This document shows positions 13,010 through 26,079 of a stretch of 43,547 bases of DNA, one piece after another. A model generated the notes under the pieces. The model did not search any database, had not been told where the DNA came from, and worked only from the letters and a program-made list of their open reading frames with translations. The translations under genes and the position numbers were made by a program. Position 1 is the stretch's first letter; each line of letters starts with the position of its first letter. Source of the DNA: Octopus bimaculoides (Eukaryota); NCBI RefSeq assembly GCF_001194135.2, contig NC_068985.1, positions 28,614,582 through 28,658,128 on the forward strand, read 5' to 3'.

Positions 13010-13197
13010 GTGTGTCTGTGTTTGTCTCCCACCATCGCTTGACAATTGGTGTTGCTGTGTTTACGTCTCCGTAACTTAGCGTTTAGGCATAAGATACCGA
13101 TAGAATAGTACCCAGCTTAAAAAATAGTACAAGTGTCGACATTTGGCTAAAAAGTCTTCAACGCGGTGCCCCAGCATGGCCGCAGTATAACGACTGA
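13010..13197 (+). mobile_element. SINE family A 3' module (variant)
   Basis: GTGTCTGTGTTTGTC..CATCGCTTGACAA..GTAACTTAGCG..ACCGATAGAATA..GCGGTGCCCCAGCATGGCCGCAG matches the 3' halves at 15705-15852 and 40697-40838. Confidence 0.85.
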
Positions 13198-13251
13198 TAT
13201 GTATGTAAGTGTATGTATGTGGATGTGTGTGTGGTGCGAAAGAAAGAAAGC

Positions 13252-13299
<48 letters not shown>

Positions 13300-13476
13300 G
13301 ATATTTGTGTTTGCTTTGTGTTTCACCGTTACTGTTTCTGAATCACTGTGAATATCTGTACAGGAAGTCACATGATTTTAACGGACTATGTTTACTTTTT
13401 CTCTTGGTGTTGCTGAGGAGACTTCAAGCATCACAACGAACACAATCTTTATCCCCAGAATCAACTTTATCATATC

Positions 13477-13940
13477 AACATCGGTTTCCATGCTACAAGA
13501 CAGTATCCAAATCTTCCTAGTGTTTTTTATGTACCATTTTCAAATAGAAAATAGAAAGAAAATCTGAAAATGAAAGCTATGGCATAATACAGTATGTCAG
13601 AAGTACATGAGACAGTGTAGCTTTAATCCATTTTATCACTGGACTACGCTTAATCAAAGATCGACACCCTCTCCAATTTCGTAAATAATGTGACCATGTT
13701 GATTTGTCTTTCTTTCGTGGTATATCCATGAGCGGAGGAAGAGGTGGTAAGTATATTTGGAGCTAGGCATCTGTTACTAAAATGAATTAAAGCTACACTA
13801 TCTCATGTACTTCTGATATACTGTTTTATGCCATAGCTTTCATTTTCAGATTTTCTTTCTATTTTCTATTTGAAAATGGTACAGTTTTAAAAAATACTAG
13901 GAAGATTTGGATACTGTCTTGTAGCATGGAAACCGATGTT
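13477..13940. mobile_element. Foldback/MITE-like element: arms of about 160 bp (13477-13635 and 13778-13940) around a 142-bp spacer
   Basis: The arms are reverse complements with 5 substitutions and one 4-bp indel. Termini are AACATCGGTTTCCATGCTAC...GTAGCATGGAAACCGATGTT. Superfamily not identified. Confidence 0.9.
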
Positions 13941-14789
13941 ACTAGAAACAGCCCTGGCATAGCGGAGGTGGTAAAGTTACTGTCACTGCAATACCGTCGA
14001 CCACGACGAAAAAAGCCAAAACACGATCAGAACTGAACTCGGGTTAAACAGTATTAAGGTCTAAACATCTATTTATGGTAACCTCTAAATTTGTATCTGA
14101 AAGTTGATAATTTTTTTATTACTAGTGCAGGGAGGTATGATATTGATTGTTCCATGGAATTTATTCCAAGGGCACCTAAACAAAACGATACATTTTTGGA
14201 ATTGGTGATAACATAAGGTTACAGTATGATTCAACTACTGACTATTCAGGAACTTTTAGACGCATTGATGCATGATGTGTGTCAATTTTGGTACCGCAAT
14301 TGAAAGAAATTTCGTGCGGTGGAAACGATGAAAATAAATTGATTAAAGGAAAGTGTATACATGTGTGAGTAAGTGAGTGTATGTGTGTGTGTGTGTGTCT
14401 GTGTGTGTGTGTGTGTGTGTATGTGTGTGTACGTGTGTATGTGTGTGCGTGGACGCTCGTGCATGCGTGAACGCCTATGAGTGAGTGAGTGAACGAGCGT
14501 GTGAGTGAGCGAGCTTGTGAGTGAGTGCGCGTGTGAGTGAGCGCGCGAGTGCGTGAAGGAGAGAGACAGAAAGAAACAAACAAACAAACAAGGAAATAAA
14601 TAAATAAGTACAGAAAGAATTAATGAATGAAAGAATGAATGAATGAAAAACAGAATAATAGAAAAAGAAAGGTGATGCAGGCATTGACAGAGAGATTCAA
14701 TCATGTTTAAACAGTGTAAGTATGAATCAATGTTTCTCACAGACAATACACCTTGTAGATAGACGTACATACATACAGATAGACTGACA

Positions 14790-14802
14790 GACATACAGAT
14801 AA

Positions 14803-14860
<58 letters not shown>
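14790..14860. repeat. (GATA)n microsatellite
   Basis: Read directly. Confidence 0.95.
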
Positions 14861-14861
<1 letters not shown>

Positions 14862-14877
14862 TTATTTGTTATCTCTC

Positions 14878-15071
14878 CTTTTTATTTGTTTCATTGATTT
14901 GACTGCGGCCATGCTAGAGTACCGACTTTAGTCGAACAGATCGACCCAAGGACTTATTTTTTGCATGCTTAGTACTTATTCTATCAGTCTTTTTTGCCAA
15001 ACCGCTAAGTTACGGGGAGGTAAGCACACCAACATAGGTTGTCAAGCGATGGTAGGGGGGACACAGACACA

Positions 15072-15141
<70 letters not shown>

Positions 15142-15301
15142 CGACGGGCTTCTTTCGGTTTTCGTCAACCAAATCCACTCACAAGGCTTCGGTCGGCCAG
15201 AGACTATAATAGACTATAAAATTGCCCAAGGTGCCTCGCATTGGGACTGACCACCGAACCATGTGGTTGGGAAGCAAGCTTCTTACCACACAGCCACTCC
15301 T

Positions 15302-15302
<1 letters not shown>
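14878..15302 (-). mobile_element. Near full-length SINE family A with an internal (CA)n(TA)n tract
   Basis: Minus-strand head CAGGAGTGGCTGTGTGGTAAG, CORE-like segment, internal microsatellite at 15065-15140, and 3' module ending ...CATGGCCGCAGTCAAATCAATGAAACAAATAAAA. Confidence 0.92.
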
Positions 15303-15423
<121 letters not shown>

Positions 15424-15499
15424 TGTTAATGAAGGAAAAATGTCAAATATTGTATCCATTCTTGCTGAAACTTTTGAATGATATTTATAATTGTGTATA

Positions 15500-15852
15500 G
15501 GCGCAGGAGTGGCTGTGTGGTAAGTAGTTTGCTTACCAACCACACGGTTCCGGGTTCAGTCCCACTGTGTGTCACCTTGGGCGGGTGTTTTCTACTATAG
15601 CCTCGGCCGACTAAAGTCTTGTGAGTGGATTTGGTAGAAGGAAACTGAAAGAAGTCCGTCGTATATATGTATGTATATATGTATGTTTGTGTATATGTTT
15701 GTATGTCTGTGCTTGTCCCCCCAACATCGCTTGACCGATAGAATAAGTACTAGGCTTACAAAGAATAAGTCCTGGAGTCAATTTGCTCGACTAAAGGATG
15801 TGCTCCAGCATGGCCGCAGTCAAATGACTGAAACAAGTAAAAGAATAAAAGA
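15500..15852 (+). mobile_element. SINE family A, head to tail, with an internal deletion of about 55 bp in the 3' module
   Basis: GGCGCAGGAGTGGCTGTGTGG (A-box), GGGTTCAGTCCC (B-box), GTCACCTTGGGC (CORE-like), tail CTGAAACAAGTAAAAGAATAAAAGA. The junction CTTGACCGATAG at about 15730-15741 lacks sequence present in the other copies. Confidence 0.92.
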
Positions 15853-16509
15853 GTCGACATGAAACGAGAGAGTTATTTTGTTATTGTTGCCTACTCCCAG
15901 ATCAAAGCCGAGCGAAGAGTTCTATAACCAAAAACTATTACTTCCATGAACACGCGAACTTGTTTTCTGGATATAGAACTAACTTATCTAATCTGCATTC
16001 ACTGCTTAAAGACGTGATGTGATTGATGGTAATTTTCAAGCTATCCTCTAACAAATTCCACAAACAACGAACAGAATCCTGGTTGTATTTTCCTCTGTGT
16101 GTATCTGTGTGTGTGCGTGTTCGTGTTTGCATAGATGTAAAAAATGTTAAAATGGCTGCCTGAACAGATAAAAAATTCCAATGAGTTACGAACCAGAAAA
16201 AACATGTCAACGACGTAAGCATATGAAACGTAATAAACAACAAGGTGGTACGGAATAATTAGCCAGATTGTATTTTGGTGATGTATCAGAAAATAGATGT
16301 ATATTTCAGAACGGATGAGATAAATTGAAGATTAATTATTGCCTCCAGAAGTACAGCATTTAATACTTTACTGCTTTCAATTTTAATGGAAAAATTTACA
16401 ATCTGCCAGCAATTTATAACAGCAAATATATGTGTATGAGGTGTGTATGTGTGTATGAGGTGTGTATGTGTGTATGTCTGGGTGTATGCGTCTCTGTATG
16501 TATGTGTGT

Positions 16510-16566
<57 letters not shown>

Positions 16567-16581
16567 TATATATATATGTAT

Positions 16582-16655
<74 letters not shown>
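16510..16655. repeat. (TA)n then (GATA)n microsatellite
   Basis: Read directly. Confidence 0.95.
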
Positions 16656-17199
16656 GCTTACATACATACCCACATCGAAAGTTAGACAGATAGAAAGATG
16701 TGTGCACGTATACATACATATATAGACACTTAGACATATATAGGTAAATATATACATATACAGGTAAATATACATATATAACGTGCTATGGTAACGAAGG
16801 CGGGAACTTATGATTGCGAAGAGAAATTCATAAACATACGTACAGAGACACAGACACACACACACACTTACACACACACACACACACACATACATACACA
16901 CGCATTCACATTTATGTAGCATGTATATGTGTCGAAGTATATACATGCATATATTTATCTATATATGTATACATACTACATAAATGTAAATGTGTGTGTG
17001 TGTGTGATTGTGTGTGTGTGTATCTGTGTTAGTACGTTTATGAAGTTCTCTTTGCAATCATAAGTAGCCGACATCGTCACCATAGCACGTTATCTTAAGC
17101 AAATGCTGTCGTTTCATAAGCTCCACTTGATCCATACGTAATGAGCGTGACACAGAAACTGCATAGAAACTCGTCGCATGAATTTGTACCTTCAATTTA

Positions 17200-17328
17200 A
17201 GGGTACACTCTTGTCACATAAGGTTTCACACTGATTCTGCCGAAGAATTTTGCCTAGGGTACACGTGTCTGTGAAATGCTCAATTATTTAGGTAGACTAA
17301 TTCAGTGAGTAGGTATTTTAATTGATCT
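17200..17328 (+). mobile_element. Diverged fragment of the SINE family C 3' body
   Basis: CTTGTCACA..TCACACTGA..GGGTACACGTGTCTGTG..TGCTCA aligns to 11008-11090. Confidence 0.6.
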
Positions 17329-17359
17329 TTTTATTCTCTCTCTGTTTATTTTCTTGTGT

Positions 17360-17397
17360 TCCTTTTGTTGAAGAGCGTAGGCTCGAAACGTAAAAGA
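17360..17397 (+). ncRNA. Degenerate minimal type I hammerhead-ribozyme-like motif (copy 1), inside an element of about 160 bp (17328-17490) ending in (TA)n
   Basis: TCCTT|TTGTTGA|A|GAGC GTAG GCTC|GAAAC|GTA|AAAGA. Helix II has 4 bp and helix III is the palindrome ACGT. The core has C3U and A6U, and helix I has one mismatch. Confidence 0.55.
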
Positions 17398-18081
17398 CTT
17401 TCTCACATTCCCGAGCGTTAAACTAATTCACCTGTTTGTTGCTTATACAACTGTCTTCGTCTTTTGTTTTTGTAAATTCCAACTATATATATAAACACAC
17501 ACACAGACACACACNNNNNNNNNNNNNNNNNNNNNNNNNNNNNNNNNNNNNNNNNNNNNNNNNNNNNNNNNNNNNNNNNNNNNNNNNNNNNNNNNNNNNN
17601 NNNNNNNNNNNNNNNNNNNNNNNNNNNNNNNNNNNNNNNNNNNNNNNNNNNNNNNNNNNNNNNNNNNNNNNNNNNNNNNNNNNNNNNNNNNNNNNNNNNN
17701 NNNNNNNNNNNNNNNNNNNNNNNNNNNNNNNNNNNNNNNNNNNNNNNNNNNNNNNNNNNNNNNNNNNNNNNNNNNNNNNNNNNNNNNNNNNNNNNNNNNN
17801 NNNNNNNNNNNNNNNNNNNNNNNNNNNNNNNNNNNNNNNNNNNNNNNNNNNNNNNNNNNNNNNNNNNNNNNNNNNNNNNNNNNNNNNNNNNNNNNNNNNN
17901 NNNNNNNNNNNNNNNNNNNNNNNNNNNNNNNNNNNNNNNNNNNNNNNNNNNNNNNNNNNNNNNNNNNNNNNNNNNNNNNNNNNNNNNNNNNNNNNNNNNN
18001 NNNNNNNNNNNNNNNNNNNNNNNNNNNNNNNNNNNNNNNNNNNNNNATATATATATATATATACATATATACATAATCAAA

Positions 18082-18415
18082 AGCGTGGCTGTGGGTAGTT
18101 CGGTTCCCAAACGCTTGATTCCAATTTCAGTTGCATTGGGTGGCACATTGGGTAAGTATCTTTTACTCTAGTTCCAGGCCGACTCTCGCCTTACGTGAGT
18201 GTCTTGGTGTCTCTCACCACCACCACCACCGCTTGACAACCGGTACTAGTTTATTTACGTCCCCGTAACTTAGCCGTTCATCAAAGGGACAGCCTAATAA
18301 GTACCAAGGTTTAAATAATAAGTCTTGGGATCGATCAATTCGACTTAAAACTCTTCGAGGCGGAGACCCAGTATGGCCACAATCCAGTGAATGCAACAAG
18401 TGAAAGATAAAAGAT
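18082..18415 (+). mobile_element. Diverged SINE family A copy lacking the internal microsatellite
   Basis: GCGTGGCTGTGGGTAG head, GTGGCACATTGGGTAAGT CORE-like segment, CGCTTGACAACCGGT..GTCCCCGTAACTTAGC..CCCAGTATGGCCACA and an A-rich tail. Confidence 0.8.
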
Positions 18416-18570
18416 GGCTGCGTTTTCTATGTGCGTATGTATGTATATATGTGTTTGCGTCTGTCTCTGTGTGTGTGTGTGTGTGTGTGTGTGTTTGATT
18501 TCTGCAGTTGACCTTTCCTGTCAACCTTGAACAGCCAAGAGCAGAATTTAGAATAGTATATCAAACTGGT

Positions 18571-18740
18571 ACTCCGTCGGTTACGAGGCTGGCCTCTTGA
18601 ATTACAGATACACCACATTTTTGCCAGCAACGAGAAATAAAGTGTCTTGCTCAAGGACGTAACGCGCCGCCGGTTTTCGAACTCACGACGTTACGATCGT
18701 AAGCCGAGTACCCCTGACCACTAAGCTACGTGCCTTCACT
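18571..18740 (-). mobile_element. tRNA-derived SINE with a GTCCTTGAGCAAGACAC head joined to a family C tail, internally deleted
   Basis: Minus strand: GTGAAGGCACGTAGCTTAGTGGTCAGG (A-box), GAGTTCGAAAACC (B-box), GTCCTTGAGCAAGACACTTT, then TGTAATTCAAGAGGCCAGCC fused to TCGTAACCGACGGAGT (the family C terminus). Confidence 0.8.
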
Positions 18741-19754
18741 CATACTCCATCAACTTTAGATACAAAGATATATCTGTTCAGACTGACCAACGAACGGAGT
18801 TCTTTATCAAATACGGTTTACAGTTTTTCGCACTGCATGTATGTTACTCTTTACAAGTCTTACGTTACAATACGTATATGTAGATCTATAGACCCTGTAC
18901 ACATTTAGATTTAATCAATGGAGACATTGATCCTTTAGGTTACCAAATGATCATACATCTATAACCTCATGAGGTGCTGTTGTGTGATGAACATGCTTTT
19001 ATTAGGGGCATTAGTCATTTATGTATTATGACAAGTTTCAAATTATTGAAATCAGCTCACTGATTATTATGCTCATGAAAGCTTACACCATCGTCTATAT
19101 CAATATCTCTTTAATATACATGCACATCTTGGATATATTACTTACTGAAACATTTCCTAAGAATCTAAAGCTAATTATGGATTTGTCAAAAGCTATACTT
19201 GTTTCAATGTATCTTAATATATATGTAAGGAAATGATGCCTATACCAATTATAAACGGTACTATAAAAATATGTAACAACTAAGGCAACTTTGACACAAA
19301 TCAACCTCAATTTCTTCATCGGTAACATATGATTCACTAGTTCATCGTCGAACAGAATATGAATGGCAGCAAAAATGGTAATAATTGTAAAGAAAGCTGC
19401 ATTAAGACCTTTTGAAAAGGAATATACGGTATATTTCTAAAAAGATTCCAACACAGCATTGGTGACTAGCAAAACTCTCATCAGGGATGAAGTGACGTAG
19501 CTAGTTATTACTGCCAAATTAATTTATGCTAACTTCCCTTCAACAAAGTTGCAGTACATGAAAGATTTAATGCCATCCAAGGACACAGCTTAGTACCAGA
19601 GCTCGGGTAGCATTAGACACACTGCGCTGGTGGACTAGCATTATAAACACTCGGCCGACTATGACTCATTTGAGACAGTATTGTTATATATACGACAGGA
19701 AGTTATTCATTAGACTTGACTTTATACAATTTTATTCTATTAAAACAGGATGGA

Positions 19755-19960
19755 TTTTAGTGGATGTGTTTGCTTGTACTTCTAGAAATAGCAATCAAAC
19801 CTTCCTCATACCACACCCCGACTGGCTTTAAAAAAATAGAAAAATGCGTTACCTAATGTTTCTCTAGAGACTGTCTAGACATTATAACCTCAACATGAAT
19901 GCTTTTGATCACATTATTACTTAATCAAGCTGACCTGGGGTTAAATGACAACAACAACAA
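19755..19960 (+). mobile_element. 3' part of a further retroposon family (E) with a (CAA)n tail
   Basis: Ends AAGCTGACCTGGGGTTAAATGACAACAACAACAA. Similar termini occur on the minus strand at about 35272-35355 and about 15885-15950. Confidence 0.55.
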
Positions 19961-20771
19961 GATTTTAGTCTTCAGTCTATTTAAAAATTCACACTTCTCT
20001 CCATTTTCATATGTAGTCGTCAATGAATAAACACAGCGTAATTCCGCCGAGTTTCCTGTTTCTCCTATTTCCTTCAGTAAATTTAAGTTTCAATACAGAA
20101 GTTAATTGTTACATTGTAGAGAAAATTGATTTTAGCAAAGAGATGTCTGGCGCAGGACCACACATTTCGGAGTACTTGATTGATATTTATTTTACTGACT
20201 GTAGAAGGATGAAGTTGATCATATATATATATAGAGAAAGTAAATTGTATTGACAAGGCAGTACGTCTGTGCCAAATGTCTTCCAAAAACGAATATTCAC
20301 ACAGGCGCACAGATACACGCTTAGCGTTTTATAATTTAAAATATCAGTAATTATATACTTGATTAATTGCATATTTATTTGTTTATAGTCAAACAATAAA
20401 TTCTGGTTCGATTCTCATCATTTACAAGCTATAATTGAGTTTCATTATGGTAAATGTAACAGTGAATGATCATCTCATTTTCCTTAAGTAAGTTGATGCA
20501 GAAATACATATTTTCAAATATTGTCAATAACAATACTATGAAGAATTGTGACATACAATCCCTAATTTTACGATTATCGGATAAATAAGTCCGATAACTC
20601 TTATACCGACTTTATATGAATTCCCATCAAGGGGTCAAGTAAATACATCTTTAGTATTTGTTGAGAGACAAAAGCTTGTTTTAGGCCAACTCATAAAGTG
20701 GGGCGTTAATTTCTATTAATTTCTATTCATCCATGAATTAAAATGTGGAAAAGGACTCTAATGTCTAGCAA

Positions 20772-20832
<61 letters not shown>

Positions 20833-21925
20833 NNNNNNNNNNNNNNNNNNNNNNNNNNNNNNNNNNNNNNNNNNNNNNNNNNNNNNNNNNNNNNNNNNNN
20901 NNNNNNNNNNNNNNNNNNNNNNNNNNNNNNNNNNNNNNNNNNNNNNNNNNNNNNNNNNNNNNNNNNNNNNNNNNNNNNNNNNNNNNNNNNNNNNNNNNNN
21001 NNNNNNNNNNNNNNNNNNNNNNNNNNNNNNNNNNNNNNNNNNNNNNNNNNNNNNNNNNNNNNNNNNNNNNNNNNNNNNNNNNNNNNNNNNNNNNNNNNNN
21101 NNNNNNNNNNNNNNNNNNNNNNNNNNNNNNNNNNNNNNNNNNNNNNNNNNNNNNNNNNNNNNNNNNNNNNNNNNNNNNNNNNNNNNNNNNNNNNNNNNNN
21201 NNNNNNNNNNNNNNNNNNNNNNNNNNNNNNNNNNNNNNNNNNNNNNNNNNNNNNNNNNNNNNNNNNNNNNNNNNNNNNNNNNNNNNNNNNNNNNNNNNNN
21301 NNNNNNNNNNNNNNNNNNNNNNNNNNNNNNNNNNNNNNNNNNNNGGTAAGGTTAGGTTAATCTCAGCTTTCTCTGTTAATCTTATAAGAAAAACGGTTGA
21401 GAACATGTGCTGATTTTCAAAACGGTAAAAATGTAGACAACAAGACTGTTGAGTTTAACCGTAGGTGTTATATAATTGAAAACCAAGAGGTAAGTGGAGA
21501 TTTATACACATCCAAGACATTTTCATTAAAAAGATTTCAACAGCATATATAACAATGACCAACATATGTTTCTACTGCAGCAACTGCACATTGCTCTGTA
21601 TGCAATTATGCATCCTAGTCGCTGCAATTTCATCAAGGGTTCACCCCTTACTACTTTTTCAAAGTGAATTAATTCAAACAAGCTCCCCGCGTTGATATCC
21701 AGTTGAAGGTGATTGCGTTACTTTTTGAATTAAATTGAATTCTGATCTTATAATCACCTCTACTGGTATTGTAGTTGAATGACCGTTTTAAAATGTTTAT
21801 TTATCTTACAATTAATTGTAGCAGTTTTATTTACGTTTTACTGGATGGAGTACATTATTTATCTAGAGGTATTTCACTCATGTGTATATACATGTATGTA
21901 TGTATGTATGTATGCATATTCGTAT

Positions 21926-21984
<59 letters not shown>

Positions 21985-22361
21985 TTCCACTGCAAACTCT
22001 GACAGCCGAATTAGTTACTTTTAAAATCTTCGTCCTAGTGACTGATTCAGGATACAAACCGTTATCAAAAGAGTTTGTACATGCATACACACACACACAC
22101 ACNNNNNNNNNNNNNNNNNNNNNNNNNNNNNNNNNNNNNNNNNNNNNNNNNNNNNNNNNNNNNNNNNNNNNNNNNNNNNNNNNNNNNNNNNNNNNNNNNN
22201 NNNNNNNNNNNNNNNNNNNNNNNNNNNNNNNNNNNNNNNNNNNNNNNNNNNNNNNNNNNNNNNNNNNNNNNNNNNNNNNNNNNNNNNNNNNNNNNNNNNN
22301 NNNNNNNNNNNNNNNNNNNNNNNNNNNNNNNNNNNNNNNNNNNNNNNNNNNNNNNNNNNNN

Positions 22362-22416
<55 letters not shown>

Positions 22417-23988
22417 ATGTATATTCATTCAACGTGCTAGAAAAAACAGCCATGTCTCCATCAAATTTCATCCTATTGCTTTGGCAAGAGGATGCCTTCT
22501 AAAAACGGATGGTTGTCTTTCGTTGTCTTTGATGATAGACTTGTACCAGAAGTTTCACATCAGCACAACAAAAACTTCAACCTACTTTCAAAGAAATTCC
22601 ACTAGCACATTTTGAGTTATAAACATACGCGATAAAAGTTAAGACCGATATTGGATAGGACCACCGTTTGGAAAGACCAGAAATATTGATGGTACTTCTT
22701 ACTTTTTTGGTTACCTCTCTGCATAAATCTATATTGTAAGAAAAATTACCAACCAGCAACAATAGCACCAGCCTACGTGATATAGCTGTAAAATAAGTGC
22801 AATACTATTGATAAAAATAAATCAACAATTCTCATGTAATGTCCAACAAATACACTTGTATAACCAACTGTATTCATGTGAATACTGCAATTATATATCA
22901 ACTAGTAATCGTTTAATAAACCAGCAAATACCTATGTGTTAGATTCTATGTGATTAATTTTTTCACATCATAGATCAAGAACGTATAATTTACTAGCAAT
23001 CACATATATAATTCTGCTTTGATATAAATATAAGTTTAACTTTGAGGCAATGACTGTGAAATATTTCGGCAATAATCCAGATATCGATATAAAAAAAAAT
23101 TAAAGATAAATTTTACAGTCAATATTAGTGATATGAGAGAGTCGAAGCTGATTGGAAAGTCCTGACTCGAATCAAGAATTGTATTAAGCCTACAAAACTC
23201 GATTCCTTGCAGACAAACACTTAAAAGGGTCCGACTGACTTTTCTGGTGAAGCAGGTATCATGAAGTTCAAGCCAGCAAGGAAGCTTTAATGTGGCCACT
23301 CGATCTGTTAATAATAACAGCTAAATCATTTGTTTACTACATATTATGATGTTAAAATAGAATGGTATATAAGATACATATACTATATCTTAATGAAACA
23401 CTGGATGTCCAAAGCCGGAGTGAATCTGTCAGTAGGTCAGCTGGAACAGTATTAATCTAGTGATAAATAACAACATACTAAGCCCGACAATTTGGAAATA
23501 TAGTAGTTTTGTTCGTACGAACAGTTCAACTAAAAATTTTCTTAGCTTATAGCTTCGTGAAATATGGCTACTGTTAGAATGAACTGCCAGAAATTCGCTA
23601 AAAGAAATAGAAGTTTTGCTAGCTATTCTAAAGAATTATTAACTAGCAATTCATAGACAAATATACATATGTTTCACCTGCAATTAGTTTTGAAATATCA
23701 CAATACAAAGTGTATTCATCAAATCAGGTGGTTATTCTGAGCCACTAATCAGTTTATCAACTCCGATCTCCACGTCGAATGCTTCCTCTATGGAGCTGTC
23801 AGTAATCTGGCATGATGTTGTCACCATTACTCGAATCAGACAGGCAATGATTTATTTGCTATCACTCATCAGTCGCAACTCATCCAGTGTCCTGCGATAT
23901 TTAGCGGCATAACTGACACTCCCACGTACACAGTGGTGTTCAATATATTTTGGAGCATATCAATGTGTATGGACACACGTACACACAC

Positions 23989-23994
<6 letters not shown>

Positions 23995-24070
<76 letters not shown>
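23995..24070. repeat. (TG)n microsatellite
   Basis: Read directly. Confidence 0.95.
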
Positions 24071-24071
<1 letters not shown>

Positions 24072-24464
24072 ATTCGTACAGAAAAAGAGAGAGAAAGAGA
24101 GAGAAAGGCAAAGAGATGGAATGGCTCGTATTTGGATCCTTCGGGACGAGGTTTTCTGTAACACCTTTACATACATTTATTTATCAAATGCACACATATA
24201 CACTACGCTATCTTACACACGTACAAAGAATTGACACTCTCTCGTACACAGTCATATACACCTTTTACGAACATCTACACACACAACTACACCCACAACG
24301 CATATATTAAAACTAAAAGAACCATACACATACATATATACGCATTCGCATTCACACATACTCACACGCATACAAACGCAGCACCAAAGGAAATCAGTAG
24401 CTCATTCCCACATTCATTTTATTAACTCACACATACACACCGCAGACACTCATAGATACATACT

Positions 24465-24484
24465 AACATACATACATACATACA

Positions 24485-24518
<34 letters not shown>

Positions 24519-24560
24519 CATACATACATACATACATACATACATACATACATACATACA
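24465..24560. repeat. (CATA)n microsatellite
   Basis: Read directly. Confidence 0.95.
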
Positions 24561-24830
24561 ATCACACACACGAATTGCTGCTATAGTTATTGAACTGTCG
24601 TTCTGATATGCTTGAAACTGTTTTATTTTCATCTCACTTGCAGTTATTTCAATCGCAATTTCATGAAAAAAAAATACAAATTTCAACTAGTTTTCAATAT
24701 TTTCTTTGTCTTACGCTTTCAGATTTTTTGAAGAAAAGATGACACTGGAAACGTCAAAGACATGGTTTCGTGATGTTGTCCTTAACTTTAGAGTCACTTA
24801 AACGCCCATCCCTCTTATTCATATAACTTT

Positions 24831-24886
<56 letters not shown>

Positions 24887-24969
24887 GCCTATTTATCTAT
24901 ATATCTATCTATCTATTTCTCACTATCTTTATAAATGTTTAAGTGTGGGTGTTTTGTGTATGTGTGTTA

Positions 24970-25242
24970 GGGCGCAAAGCTTAGTGGTTAAGGTGTTGCA
25001 CTCACGATCTTGGGATCGTCATTTCAATTCCTAGACCGGGTAGTGCACTTCATCTCACGTTGTTCTACGATCACTTCGACACCTGACACTTTTGTACACA
25101 GTGAACCTGTCCAGACAACATCGATTTGATGGAGAGAGCGAGCTAACGTGCGGCAAGAATATTCATCACTATAAACAAGTCATTTGTACAGGTCGTTCGG
25201 CAAAAGTTGAACGCTCATACGTCATCTTGGACGGGATAGTCG
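24970..25242 (+). mobile_element. tRNA-derived SINE, family D (single diverged copy)
   Basis: GGGCGCAAAGCTTAGTGGTTAAGG (A-box) and TTTCAATTCCTAGACCGGG (B-box-like, same context as the family C head), followed by a distinct body. Confidence 0.65.
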
Positions 25243-25304
25243 ACCATATATATACACAAACACACACACACACACACAAATTACATATGTTCGTATATTC
25301 TTAA

Positions 25305-25353
<49 letters not shown>

Positions 25354-25989
25354 GTATATGTGTTTGTTTATATAACATACAACTATATACCTCAGCGTAT
25401 GTCAATAGGTATTTAATTCGATTATTCCTTAGCAATGTTCTGTCTCAAAATGGCGCTCTTTCATTCAGATATAACTGCGTATGCGACTTGCTGTGTGGTA
25501 TCCTTTGATATAGTTTGTATCGCTGTCACGGCGTGCGAAGAAAATCTGTCCGCTCCCATAATTATTCCATTGAATTAGAATAAGAAAAAGCTGAGTTGAA
25601 ATCAAAGAACAAAAGAAAATTATTTTCTTCTTATCAAAGATGAAGTCTATGAAGCGAACCAGCGGACAGGAAACTGAATTCAATTCGTTGAAATTTCTTT
25701 GTGATTAGGGTCTTGTATGACATGTCGTAACAGGTAAAAAGATTGTTGTTGTTCTATAAAGAAAGAGTTAGGAGCGTGTATTTGTTCAGTGTGTGTTGGT
25801 TTTTACGTTTTTGGTTTCATGTTTGCTTGTGAGCACGAAGGTTTTCCATTGAAGTTCTGTTGTACTATCAATATACAGATATGCCCAGTTGTGTGTGAAT
25901 AGATATAGGCATGTATGTATGTATGTATGTATGCATGTATATCTCTCTCTCTCACTCTCTCTCTCTCTCTCTATCTATCTCTCTCTCTC

Positions 25990-26020
<31 letters not shown>

Positions 26021-26079
26021 NNNNNNNNNNNNNNNNNNNNNNNNNNNNNNNNNNNNTATATATTTATATATATATGGTA

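Noticed and set aside
21345-21360. GGTAAGGTTAGGTTAA next to a gap, telomere-like
   Set aside because: Only about 3 degenerate 5-mers and not TTAGGG. Too short to call.
24722-24762. TTGAAGAAAAGATGACACTGGAAACGTCAAAGAC, sharing GAAACGTCAAAGAC with hammerhead copy 2
   Set aside because: No G10.1-C11.1 pair or helix II, C3 is missing, and the flanks do not match the element. It could be chance or a very old relic.
25446-25455. YY1-like CAAAATGGCG motif suggesting a promoter
   Set aside because: A single short motif with no downstream exon or other support.
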